The notes: a model not told the origin generated them from the letters alone. Positions 21,573 through 32,762 are shown, counted from the first letter of the stretch. The stretch is DNA of 64,000 bases from an uncultured Candidatus Saccharibacteria bacterium (GCA_937858705.1 CALLZM010000002.1:2046-66045), one strand, 5' to 3'. Program-made: numbers and translations.

Positions 21573-22962
21573 ACTCAACCCACAACTGCAATTCTTGTAG
21601 AATAAACTGCTGGGATTCGTCAGCTGTTTTCGACAAAGCCACCAATCGATTTTGAAAACTGGGAAGCTCCTCTGTTAATCGCTTTATACGCCATGCCTCC
21701 CAACTGGCCATTTCATCTTCGCTCAAAGTTTTTGGATAGTTCCTTGCCTTATAATGCACGAGAAGCTCCGGCAGTCGCTCGTCGCTAAACTCTGGGCGAA
21801 AATCCGCCAATTGCCGTTCAGTAGTATTGCGTACTGCTTCAATGCGTATTTTGTCCCGATCACTCACGAAACCATCATACAACTGCGCCTCTGGATCCAG
21901 CGATGGCGGATACGCTGGCTTCGACTCAAACACCGTTCGTATATTCTCGGCAAACTCAGGGTGTGCCAGTAGCGTCTGAAGATGCTTTTGTACAATAGCC
22001 TCGTCGAGCCCAATACTATCCCAGCCATTTTCCTGTGCCAGCACCCCCATCGGTGCGACAGCTGGACAGCGATTGTATTGCAGCTGCTTCACTGGCAAAG
22101 GCACGAAATTCTCTGCTTGCCGCTCTTCCCACGGCGCAAACAATTTTTCTGCCATTTGCTTTTGGCTAAGCTCCACAAATGGCGCCGGATCATGGCGCAA
22201 GTCATACGCCAATACATTGCCGTAGGGCGCACTAGTCAGCGGAAAAGCAACCGTTGTTTTGGCAAATTGCTTATCGTACCGACCACTCGTATACACAAAC
22301 GGTCGCTTGTCGTCGAGGTTCACTAGCTTTTGGATTTCTTTCTTGTCTCGAAGTCGCAATAAGTAATCAAACAGCTGTGGCTGAGCTTTTTTTATGAGCC
22401 GTGTCACATCTATGAGCGCCTCGACATCACTCAGCGCATCATGCGCATTTGCGTGTGCTATACCATTCGCTTTCGTGATGAGCTCGAGGCGATTTGTTGG
22501 TTCACCCTTGTCGTCAACTGGCCACTCGATACCTTTTGGCCGCAGTGCTCGCGTCATCCGCACAACATCCAGCAAATCCCAACGACTCCGCCCCTCCTTC
22601 CACGACCATTCATACGGATCGTGAAAAGTACGCCAGAGCAAATGGCGGATAAATTCATCGTCAAATCGTACACTATTAAAACCAACGATAATTGTATCTG
22701 GCGTAAACCACTCCTCCACCAGCTTCCTGGCAAACTCAGCCTCTGTCCAGCCGTTTTCGAGTGTTTGCTGGGGTGTGATACCAGTTACCAGGCTTGCATC
22801 TGGGCTAGGAATAGTATCGTCATTCAGCGCCACTAGCTCATTGACAGGTTCGCCGATTGGCTGCAAATTCATGTCAGTCCGCTGCCCAGCAAACTGCATA
22901 ATTCTATCTTGCCTGGCATTCAGACCAGAAGTTTCGAGGTCGTAGAAGAAAAAAGTTTTCAC
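21553..22962 (-). CDS. sbcB: exodeoxyribonuclease I
   Basis: 469 aa. DEDDh N-terminus FFFYDLETSGLNARQDRIMQFAG, HDALSDV, and a SH3-like/helical C-terminal region. Confidence 0.85.
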   Translation of the reverse strand: MKTFFFYDLETSGLNARQDRIMQFAGQRTDMNLQPIGEPVNELVALNDDTIPSPDASLVTGITPQQTLENGWTEAEFARKLVEEWFTPDTIIVGFNSVRFDDEFIRHLLWRTFHDPYEWSWKEGRSRWDLLDVVRMTRALRPKGIEWPVDDKGEPTNRLELITKANGIAHANAHDALSDVEALIDVTRLIKKAQPQLFDYLLRLRDKKEIQKLVNLDDKRPFVYTSGRYDKQFAKTTVAFPLTSAPYGNVLAYDLRHDPAPFVELSQKQMAEKLFAPWEERQAENFVPLPVKQLQYNRCPAVAPMGVLAQENGWDSIGLDEAIVQKHLQTLLAHPEFAENIRTVFESKPAYPPSLDPEAQLYDGFVSDRDKIRIEAVRNTTERQLADFRPEFSDERLPELLVHYKARNYPKTLSEDEMASWEAWRIKRLTEELPSFQNRLVALSKTADESQQFILQELQLWVESILPID

Positions 22963-22992
22963 TACCTATAGTGTAGCAGATATACTGGAGAT

Positions 22993-23331
22993 ATGAATGA
23001 ATTACCCGTTGTTAACCGTTCTCAAGAATTATACGGCGCTGTGCGGCCTATTATCAATAAACTACCAAGCCTCGAAAAGCAAACCATTGGTTGTCGAGTT
23101 GAAGACGGTATATTGTCATTGCTCGAATCATTTATCATGGCAAAGCACGCGCCAAAAGCCCACAAGACAGTATATTTATTGCGCGCAACTGCCCAGATAG
23201 AACTGCTTACCTTTCAGCTTCGCCTTTTACTCGAGCAGAAGTTGGCAAACGAGACAACCACGCACCAACTCCAAGCCAAACTCGTCGAGATTGGCCGCAT
23301 GTGCGGCGGGTGGCTGAAATCAACACAATAA
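22993..23331 (+). CDS. avd: Avd-like accessory variability determinant (four-helix-bundle family)
   Basis: 112 aa, all-helical and basic. The segment ...LRATAQIELLTFQLRLLLEQ...LQAKLVEIGRMCGGWLKS parallels the Bordetella phage bAvd C-terminus (...AQVLIAEVGRILGSWIAR, recalled). SD GGAG lies upstream. Confidence 0.7.
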   Translation: MNELPVVNRSQELYGAVRPIINKLPSLEKQTIGCRVEDGILSLLESFIMAKHAPKAHKTVYLLRATAQIELLTFQLRLLLEQKLANETTTHQLQAKLVEIGRMCGGWLKSTQ

Positions 23332-23332
23332 A

Positions 23333-23358
23333 CCTCCCTATCCTGTAGGAAAGGGAGG
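23333..23358. terminator. hairpin CCTCCCT-A-TCC-TGTA-GGA-A-AGGGAGG between the avd stop and the TR 3' end
   Basis: Read directly. On the minus strand it is followed by TTTATTGTGTT. It starts 2 nt after the avd stop codon (23329-23331). Confidence 0.6.
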
Positions 23359-23365
23359 TCATTAC

Positions 23366-23482
23366 TTGTTGCCTCGTCGAGAGACCAACGCCGATGCTCG
23401 GATTGCCCTTGCCATTCGACCTGTCCAGCTTGAGCTGACTATCGTTCGAGTTGACATTACCGACCATCGAGTCACCGTCCGC
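23366..23482 (-). repeat. DGR template repeat (TR)
   Basis: Aligns without gaps to 23715-23831 (offset 349). It has 30 adenines on the minus strand. In the VR frame it reads ADGDSMVGNVNSNDSQLKLDRSNGKGNPSIGVGLSTRQQ. Confidence 0.85.
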
Positions 23483-23544
23483 ACTATATACCCTGGCACT
23501 TCATACTCTACGGTTCATTCGCAAATAAAGAGAGTTACAGGCAC

Positions 23545-23573
23545 ACTATACCAGGCGCACGCGGGGCATACAA
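23545..23573 (-). promoter_or_regulatory. candidate promoter TTGTAT-17-TATAGT driving the minus-sense TR RNA
   Basis: -35 is the reverse complement of 23568-23573 and -10 that of 23545-23550. It lies ~60 nt upstream of the TR 5' boundary. Confidence 0.45.
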
Positions 23574-23702
23574 ATTATTTATTTTCGATTGCCAGGCACT
23601 CATAGATTTCAGCCCTACTCGGCAAACCAGCACCCAGGATGACAATACGAAACCAAAACCAAGTATACCACAAAAGGGGAGAAAGGAGAGAAGAGCTAAG
23701 GC

Positions 23703-24542
23703 CTAAGGGCGCTTAGCCGGCCCCGCCGAGAGACCAACGCCGACGCCCGGATTGCCCCGGCCACCCGACCCGCCCAGCTCGAGCTGACCACCGCCCGAGC
23801 GGACACCACCGACCAACGAGACGCCGACCGCGTCCTTTGTCCGACCGAGAGTTGGGTCACGCACAAAACCACGGTTGAGTACATAGTCGAGGCTTGTCGG
23901 ATCAAGCGCATCATCAACTTTTTCGCCGCGAATACGATCCATGATGACCATCATCAAAACCGCACGCGTCGAAAGATCCCAGGCAGTATGACCAGGATGG
24001 GCTTGCTCAAAGCCTTGTCCCGCGTCGTCAAGCCACTCTAGCTGCGTTTGTTTGCCCCGATCCCACCTGTCTCTTGCATAAGGGTCAAAAGGCAGACCAA
24101 GGGCATGCAATATCGGGTCTACGCCCGTATCTTCTTTGTGCGTAAAGAGAGCTAGACGACCTTCATTAATCTCTGGCCCGCCGTCTAATGCACTGCACAC
24201 ATAACCACCGCTACGACGAGATTGCTTCAGAGGCCACAGACCATCATAACGATATACCGTCGCAACTCCTTGCGGACGCTTGCCTTCAGCTCCACGCACT
24301 AGATCCTCAAATGTGGCGACTGCCGCTGCCAACGCTGGATATAGCCGGCCATCGTAGCCGAGGCGACCTACATCCTCATAATCTTCAGCGAGGCCTTTCG
24401 ACGGGGTAAAACCAAGCCACTCAAGTGCCTCGTTCGAGACATCAAGCGCTTCCTGTGTATCAGGCGCTCCACGACGGAATGGTAGATCTGGCGATGTGGA
24501 GGCCGGTCGCCGCCCAGTAGATTGAGTTACTTCAAATGCCAT
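23703..24542 (-). CDS. DGR target protein with C-terminal variable region
   Basis: 279-aa ORF whose last 39 codons are the VR. No signal peptide or TM was seen. The N-terminal ~240 aa has no family I recognise. Confidence 0.8.
   Translation of the reverse strand: MAFEVTQSTGRRPASTSPDLPFRRGAPDTQEALDVSNEALEWLGFTPSKGLAEDYEDVGRLGYDGRLYPALAAAVATFEDLVRGAEGKRPQGVATVYRYDGLWPLKQSRRSGGYVCSALDGGPEINEGRLALFTHKEDTGVDPILHALGLPFDPYARDRWDRGKQTQLEWLDDAGQGFEQAHPGHTAWDLSTRAVLMMVIMDRIRGEKVDDALDPTSLDYVLNRGFVRDPTLGRTKDAVGVSLVGGVRSGGGQLELGGSGGRGNPGVGVGLSAGPAKRP
23715..23831 (-). repeat. DGR variable repeat (VR)
   Basis: 28 of 117 positions differ from the TR, and 26 of these are at TR adenines (coding strand). Encodes AVGVSLVGGVRSGGGQLELGGSGGRGNPGVGVGLSAGPA and ends 12 nt before the stop codon. 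Confidence 0.85.
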
Positions 24543-24583
24543 GAGGGTCCTTTCTTTAGCATATAGTTACATTGTATCATATC

Positions 24584-26829
<2,246 letters not shown>

Positions 26830-26862
26830 TTAACAGAAAACGACTTCTTTTGCGAGCCCCTC

Positions 26863-28035
26863 CTAATGAATGTAGCGATACATACCGCTCACAGCTTCAC
26901 CCCACGATATTTTACCGTTGCCGATGCGATTGTACCCGCCGCCAAATCTATAGGCGTTCATTTCAGAAATAGTCACTGATTTACCTGGGTCAACCGCCTC
27001 AACGATAGCTACATGACCATACCAGCCACCACCATTTTGCATGACTGCACCAACTGCTGGAGTGCCATTTACTTTATAGCCAGCCGCAGCGGCGTAGCTT
27101 GCCCAAGTACTTGCGTTGCCCCACATACCGCCAACTGGTCGCCCCAGTTTAGCTCGTCGTTCATACGCATACCAAGTACAGTTACCGGCAGCATAACGGT
27201 TTCCGCCAGAGGTTGAGAGAGTATTTCCGGAGCCCCAACCGCCGCCATAGCTCCCAGAAATGCCGCCATTTGTAGCGTTATAATTGTTCGTTTGCACTGG
27301 CTCAACATAGCCAGGTCGCTCCTCTTCCGGGAGTGTACCAGATGGAATGACAAGCTGTTGACCCTGCTTCACACCATCAATTTCTAGGTCATTAAAGAGT
27401 GCTAGTTGGTCTTTATTGGCGTTATATTTTTTCGCAATGCTATCTATCGAATCGCCCGACTGTGCGGTATACAATACACCGTCAACTGGGAGAATCTTCA
27501 GTTTTTGACCAACAGAAACACTATCTCCAGTAATATTATTTGCCCACTTAACAGTTTGAGCAGACACCTGGTACTGCTCGGCAATACTTTTAATAGTATC
27601 ACCTTTCGCTACTTTGTGGTTTTTAATTTCACGACGATTTTCATTGATATTCAATACTTGCGGTTTTTCAACAACATTTGCATCGTTTTGCGCCAATACT
27701 CGCTCTGCTACAAGAGATTGAGTGAGGTTGGCTATATTATTCGTTATAGGCAGATTTGCCGTCTGTGCTACATTGGCCGCCACACTCGTGGCGATAATAT
27801 CATCGATCGATACATCAGACAGCTGAGTCGCTGACTGTCGCACCTCGATAGAGCTTGCCGCTGCATCGAAATGCTCTGGTGGCTTATAGCTAATAGCTAC
27901 GACTGCGATGATCGCTAAAAATGTTCCAGAATACATAGCTACCGAACCCGTACGAAAGTATCTTTTTGATACTCTACGCCAACTACGGTGGCTGTTTGTG
28001 CTATTTGTTTCACGCTTAAATGCCTTATGAGACAT
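26863..28035 (-). CDS. peptidoglycan hydrolase with two LysM domains and a C-terminal CHAP domain
   Basis: LysM: VAKGDTIKSIAEQYQVSAQTVKWANNI and AQSGDSIDSIAKKYNANKDQLALFNDL. CHAP: GNCTWYAYERR...GHVAIVEAV. N-terminal TM present. Confidence 0.8.
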   Translation of the reverse strand: MSHKAFKRETNSTNSHRSWRRVSKRYFRTGSVAMYSGTFLAIIAVVAISYKPPEHFDAAASSIEVRQSATQLSDVSIDDIIATSVAANVAQTANLPITNNIANLTQSLVAERVLAQNDANVVEKPQVLNINENRREIKNHKVAKGDTIKSIAEQYQVSAQTVKWANNITGDSVSVGQKLKILPVDGVLYTAQSGDSIDSIAKKYNANKDQLALFNDLEIDGVKQGQQLVIPSGTLPEEERPGYVEPVQTNNYNATNGGISGSYGGGWGSGNTLSTSGGNRYAAGNCTWYAYERRAKLGRPVGGMWGNASTWASYAAAAGYKVNGTPAVGAVMQNGGGWYGHVAIVEAVDPGKSVTISEMNAYRFGGGYNRIGNGKISWGEAVSGMYRYIH

Positions 28036-28328
28036 TGATCGTTGAATACGAATTGCTCTTCTCCTGCCTAAGTATTGCTACCTAGGACTGCTACCGGACT
28101 TTGTCTTTCTCTGCCCCTCTTAGTGAAAGTGAGGCAAGACAGAATGTACGCGTCGACCATTTTCGTTAATAGTAAAAAGTGTTTTTCGACATTCGTTGAC
28201 GACATTTTTGGCAGGCTCATGTGTCTTTCAGTCTCCCACTCGCAGGTACTTTTTGTTGTAGTACTCAGTGCTGAAATCAGATAAGCTTTTCTTATGGTAG
28301 CATTTTGGGCTATAAAAAGTCAATGTTT

Positions 28329-29411
28329 TTATAGTTCTTGGCACAATTTGTGGCAATGCTGCGCCACGGCTCTATCGTGCTCTTCATTGGTCTTTGAAAA
28401 ATAGGTCTTGCCATCATCGCCCGCTACGAAATAGAGGTAGTCGGTATGGCTTGGGTCTACAACCGCCCTGAGTGAGCCAATGCTCGGGGTTGCTATTGGC
28501 CCAGGAGGCAGCCCTTTGTGTATGCGAGTATTATACGGTGAAGCAAAATCAACTCTCCTTGGCTGATTCTTTTGGTCGGCAGCATAGATAAAGGTGACAT
28601 CTGATCCAAGTGGCATATCTATCTTTAGTCGAGATAAAAATACTTGTGCTACCTTTTTGCGATCTTCACACGGTTCGGTCGAATTCGGGCAAGTCACCTC
28701 TCTCTCGACAATCGATGCCAAAGTGATAGCTTGGAATAGTGATAAGCCCTGCTTTTTCGCCTGCTCCTCGATATTGTACTTTTGTATCTCACCATAAAAT
28801 GTTTCAAAAACATGGTCTAACACCGCAGGCAGAGAAGTTCCTCTCCCAAACGAATATGTTTCACCATACAAGTATCCCTCCAGATTCGCGCTTGCTGGCT
28901 TGCCGCTGAATAACGGAGAAGTATGCTGCCCATTAAAGGCTGCTCGTATTTCATCTCCACTAAAACCAGCTCGTACCAGCATAGTATATGCATCGGTCCG
29001 CTTACTAGCTTCAATATCTCGAGGGTCAAAGAGCGTCGCTCCAGGATAGAGCGTGATCATCATATTTTGACTCAAGCCTTCGCTCAATAGCGACACCACT
29101 TGTTCAAGCGAATACTTGACCGGAACATCGTATGCCCCAGCTTTCAAACTTCCGCTCAAGCCACGAAGTTTTGCGTGTACCACGAATGCCAGAGGCGAGG
29201 TAATGGCTCCTTTATTCTTTAGCTCTCTCGCGATATCATCTGGTGTCATACCAGCCTGAATTTCGACACGCACTACTGATTGGCTCGTAGCATCGGGCGA
29301 ACGGCTAGCCAGCTGATACCACACCATGCATCCTATCGCTAGCGCAAGGATACCGCCAAGCACGACCAAGGGCCATTTTTTTAAGTATGAGCTTGGTCTT
29401 GGCATACGCAC
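28329..29411 (-). CDS. mltG: endolytic murein transglycosylase MltG (YceG family)
   Basis: 360 aa with an N-terminal TM and YceG-like core (ITLASIVEREV, SPYNTRIHKGLPPGPIATPS). Confidence 0.85.
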   Translation of the reverse strand: MRMPRPSSYLKKWPLVVLGGILALAIGCMVWYQLASRSPDATSQSVVRVEIQAGMTPDDIARELKNKGAITSPLAFVVHAKLRGLSGSLKAGAYDVPVKYSLEQVVSLLSEGLSQNMMITLYPGATLFDPRDIEASKRTDAYTMLVRAGFSGDEIRAAFNGQHTSPLFSGKPASANLEGYLYGETYSFGRGTSLPAVLDHVFETFYGEIQKYNIEEQAKKQGLSLFQAITLASIVEREVTCPNSTEPCEDRKKVAQVFLSRLKIDMPLGSDVTFIYAADQKNQPRRVDFASPYNTRIHKGLPPGPIATPSIGSLRAVVDPSHTDYLYFVAGDDGKTYFSKTNEEHDRAVAQHCHKLCQEL

Positions 29412-29815
29412 TAAAGCTGCTCCAAATAATCCTCGAGGATGATACTCGCCGCCAGTGCATCGATGTCTTCTTTTCCGTACGGTTTACCGAGTGATTTTAA
29501 TCGATTTTCTGCGAGTACACTTGTGAGAGACTCATCCTGAAAGACGATTTTAACATCTAAATCTCGCAATTTGTCTACAAATGTCTCGACAAATTCGGTT
29601 TGTTTCGTTGTCTCACCCTGTTGATTGCGCGGATATCCCACAACAATGGTTGATATATCTCCCATGAGTACCAGCCGAGTGATCTCTTCTACCTCTCTGC
29701 CATCTACTAATATCGTTTCCGACGGAATGGCTATGCGCACGCCAGTATCACCCTCCGCTACGCCAATCCGCTTTTCCCCCACATCCAGACCAAGTACTCG
29801 GTCTATCTTAGCCAT
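29411..29815 (-). CDS. ruvX: Holliday-junction resolvase-like nuclease RuvX/YqgF
   Basis: 134 aa, VLGLDVGEKRIGVAEGD...VVGYPRNQQGE...DESLTS. Confidence 0.85.
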   Translation of the reverse strand: MAKIDRVLGLDVGEKRIGVAEGDTGVRIAIPSETILVDGREVEEITRLVLMGDISTIVVGYPRNQQGETTKQTEFVETFVDKLRDLDVKIVFQDESLTSVLAENRLKSLGKPYGKEDIDALAASIILEDYLEQL

Positions 29816-31424
29816 CGACTTTAAATTCCACAGTGATCTTGTCTGTATTGTTCGGCACAGATTTTACCCAAAACGGCGAGAAACGAATATCGACATCACT
29901 CACTCCTTCGATAGCAGTAAGCTGTATGTCGCCAACTCGTTTGCCAGCCACTTGTTTTTTCACTTCTTCTTCCGTTATTTTTGGACCAATCTTACCGACT
30001 GTCGATAAGCTTACACTCAATGAATCACCACTCTTCCTGAAGTTTGAAAACTTAGCAGCCTTTGCGCCATTGTCATAGATCCGTTGCGTGCTTGGGTTGT
30101 CGAGCTGCTTTTCTAGAAGCGTATCGAGATACGACTTGAGCTCCTGGTTGCTCACCGCATACAGCTTAAAAACTGCCTTACCACCATATTTTGCTCCACC
30201 ATTTGGTGCTTCACCATCTTTTTTTACACTAGAAGAGAAGTCTGAAGTATCTACCTGAAGCGAATCAGTTATGATAGTGTAACCTCCTTTGAAATTTGCT
30301 GCGATAGTACTTTCCATCGCTTTCCTATCTACCTTTGATTCGACAGCCTTCTTGGCCTTTGCGATGTCTTCTTCTGTGACAATGGCTGCCATTTTCGTTG
30401 TACCACCGCTCGTTGCACCGTTTATCGTTGTTGATACTCCAGATGGGCCGCCCGTCATAGTGCCACTTGCGCCATTGTATGATTCACCAGATTCGCTCGC
30501 CACAATATCTCCAGATGCTGTACCTGCTGAAGCACAGGGACTACTGCCACACCACGCCAAGGAAGCTCTCGGAACAGTCACTGCCGACACTACCGTATAT
30601 ACTTTGCCGCTTGCGCTCGTGAGCTCTGTTCCAGCTTCAACGGTTTGAGACAGTGGAGAGGAGTTCGAAAAGTTCACCGTACCAGTTGCTTTTTCGCCCA
30701 CATCCTTCTCGCCTGTTGCATCAAACTCGACTGAAATATCTTCGCTTGCAGACTGAGATTCAACTCTCAAAGTAGTTTTACTAACATCTGACTCACCGCT
30801 ATCGGTAAGTGTCACCAGCTGATTGATTGATATATCGGAGGTACGCATAGTAACCGCCACTGTCGCATGTGGCGCAAATACAAGCGCCCATACCAAAAAT
30901 CCAACCAGAAGTACTCCAGCAGATATACCGATAACCAGTTTCTTGCGAAAGGTGTTGAAGTTCGGTACCGCCTTCTTAGCTTTTTTACCCTTAGCTCCAG
31001 TTTCCGCACTTTTCGTGGCTATTTCACCAACGGCCTTATCAAGTTCTTTATCTTTACTCTTTGGCTCAGTCAGCGAAGCATGATCGCCCACAGGCAAATC
31101 TATCCCATCGATGACATCATTACCGTCATCGATATCGAGTGCAGCTATCTCGCCAAGCTCCGGTTTGCTCTGTAGATTTTTGGCAACTGGTATTTTAGCA
31201 CTCGCCGCGAGAGTACTCAGGGCATGGTTGTTCGTAATGATAACCAGCCGTTTATCGTGCTGCTCAGCCGTTCGTGCCAACAAACGCAGATTCACCGCCG
31301 ACTGCAATACTCCCACTCGTTTTGGCGGTACTAGTGCAACAATCCTAGGACTAGCCGACTTTAGCTTACCGATGATGGTAGTAATGTCGTCTTCATTATC
31401 GAGGTAAATAACTTCTTTTTGCAT
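29808..31424 (-). CDS. hypothetical single-pass membrane protein, co-transcribed with the ftsA-like gene
   Basis: 538 aa with an N-terminal cytoplasmic ~170 aa, one TM (LVIGISAGVLLVGFLVWALVF) and a Thr/Ser/Gly-rich external domain. No family recognised. Confidence 0.6.
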   Translation of the reverse strand: MQKEVIYLDNEDDITTIIGKLKSASPRIVALVPPKRVGVLQSAVNLRLLARTAEQHDKRLVIITNNHALSTLAASAKIPVAKNLQSKPELGEIAALDIDDGNDVIDGIDLPVGDHASLTEPKSKDKELDKAVGEIATKSAETGAKGKKAKKAVPNFNTFRKKLVIGISAGVLLVGFLVWALVFAPHATVAVTMRTSDISINQLVTLTDSGESDVSKTTLRVESQSASEDISVEFDATGEKDVGEKATGTVNFSNSSPLSQTVEAGTELTSASGKVYTVVSAVTVPRASLAWCGSSPCASAGTASGDIVASESGESYNGASGTMTGGPSGVSTTINGATSGGTTKMAAIVTEEDIAKAKKAVESKVDRKAMESTIAANFKGGYTIITDSLQVDTSDFSSSVKKDGEAPNGGAKYGGKAVFKLYAVSNQELKSYLDTLLEKQLDNPSTQRIYDNGAKAAKFSNFRKSGDSLSVSLSTVGKIGPKITEEEVKKQVAGKRVGDIQLTAIEGVSDVDIRFSPFWVKSVPNNTDKITVEFKVDG

Positions 31425-32687
31425 CTAAATTCTCAATATTTTATTGATTTTATCTTTAACGCTATCGGTATCATTACTTTCTATTGTATCACAACCAACT
31501 CTTAGGAGACCTGTCGCCGTGATGAAGGTATGGTCATTTACCTTTCCCGTTTGGTCAACAATACCCACAATATCGCTCGGCTTCACCAGTTGCACCTTGG
31601 GCTTATGCGAAAATGGCAATTCTTCGTACCATTTTTGCTCACTCAGTGCTTCGACTAACTGCTCGAGACTCGCGCCGCCGCCACAGAGCAGCAACTTACT
31701 TGGCAAATGATCGACAGTGTCAAACTCACTGAGCGCTAACTCTACACCATCCAGCCACACCTCCAGCGTCTTATCAATAGCCTTCATAGCAACCTTCTTG
31801 ACATCGGGCTTTATTTTTTCATGAGATAAGTTCAACTTCAGCTTCTCTGCTTCTTCATACCCTACACCAAGTTCATTCGCAATGGTGCGCGTAAAGCTCC
31901 GACCACCGATGCCAAACATCTTCGTCCCCTCAACACCACCGTCATTTACCACAGCGATATCCGTCGTACCACCGCCAACATCGGCTAAAATTGCCGTAAA
32001 ATTGCTGTTGGCGTCATCGCCCAATACACTACGGCTTACCGCAAAAGGTTCAGCTGCTACAGCTATGAGATCAAGCGCCAATTCATCGGCTACTTTCTCG
32101 AGCGCTCCGATATGAATCATCGGCGCAAACGCTGTGTATATTTGTACCGCGACATCTTTCCCCTGAAATCCCACTGGGTTTGTCACCTTATAGCCATCGA
32201 TATGAATGCTCACAAGTGCGCTATTGACCAACTTCACCTCAACATCTTCATTACCCGTCTCGAGTGCTATCTGCTTTTGGGCTTTTTGAGCTGCTCGTTC
32301 CTGTACTTTTTCGATAATAAACTCCATCTCGGCGATATCGAGAGGCTTATCTGGCTGTGGTCGACGATAACGAATCGTATTCGTGACACCTTTTACGAGC
32401 TCGCCAGCAATACCGATGACTGCCTGTTTGGCTTGCAGCCCCGCCTCTTCTTCAGCCTGAGCCAGCGCATCTTCGCAATTTCGTACCACACTTGTAATAT
32501 CAGCAATCGCACCACCATACATGTCACCCATGCCCTGGTGCGTCCGTCCAACACCGATGACCTCTAGCGATCCGTTGGCAACACGAGCAATTAGCGCTTT
32601 TACATTTTCAGTACCAATATCGAGCCCGACGAGTAAATTTTTGGTAGTATTCTGATTCGTAAATGTGAAAATATTCTTCAAAGACAT
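31425..32687 (-). CDS. actin-like ATPase, FtsA/PilM-like cell-division protein
   Basis: LVGLDIGTENVKALIARV..., ILADVGGGTTDIAVV, FGIGGRSFTRTIA. Start set at MSLKNIF (37 codons inside the longest ORF). Confidence 0.75.
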   Translation of the reverse strand: MSLKNIFTFTNQNTTKNLLVGLDIGTENVKALIARVANGSLEVIGVGRTHQGMGDMYGGAIADITSVVRNCEDALAQAEEEAGLQAKQAVIGIAGELVKGVTNTIRYRRPQPDKPLDIAEMEFIIEKVQERAAQKAQKQIALETGNEDVEVKLVNSALVSIHIDGYKVTNPVGFQGKDVAVQIYTAFAPMIHIGALEKVADELALDLIAVAAEPFAVSRSVLGDDANSNFTAILADVGGGTTDIAVVNDGGVEGTKMFGIGGRSFTRTIANELGVGYEEAEKLKLNLSHEKIKPDVKKVAMKAIDKTLEVWLDGVELALSEFDTVDHLPSKLLLCGGGASLEQLVEALSEQKWYEELPFSHKPKVQLVKPSDIVGIVDQTGKVNDHTFITATGLLRVGCDTIESNDTDSVKDKINKILRI

Positions 32688-32727
32688 ATGAATATAGTAT
32701 ATACTTCTCATGCTTTTGGGGCAAATA

Positions 32728-32756
32728 TTGCATTCTCGATAATTTTGTGATATAAT
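32728..32756 (+). promoter_or_regulatory. consensus-like promoter TTGCAT-17-TATAAT, -10 only 6 nt from the ATG at 32763
   Basis: Hand-counted spacing. Predicts a leaderless or near-leaderless mRNA. Confidence 0.6.
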
Positions 32757-32762
32757 AGGAGT

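Noticed and set aside
23207-23467. 86-aa minus-strand ORF (MVGNVNSNDSQLKLDRSNGKGNPSIGVGLS...)
   Set aside because: It is simply the template repeat read in the VR frame, continuing antisense into avd. It has no SD or independent support, and the TR is expected to be non-coding.
23366-23917. Plus-strand ORF 23366-23605 and minus-strand ORF 23696-23917
   Set aside because: These are alternative-frame ORFs generated by the TR and by the GC-rich VR. They overlap better-supported features and have low-complexity Arg/Ser/Ala composition.
28036-28328. c-di-AMP (ydaO-type) riboswitch upstream of the cell-wall hydrolase
   Set aside because: The conserved ACGGGGUGAAUC and CCGA/AGCUAACC-type cores are absent on the relevant strand.
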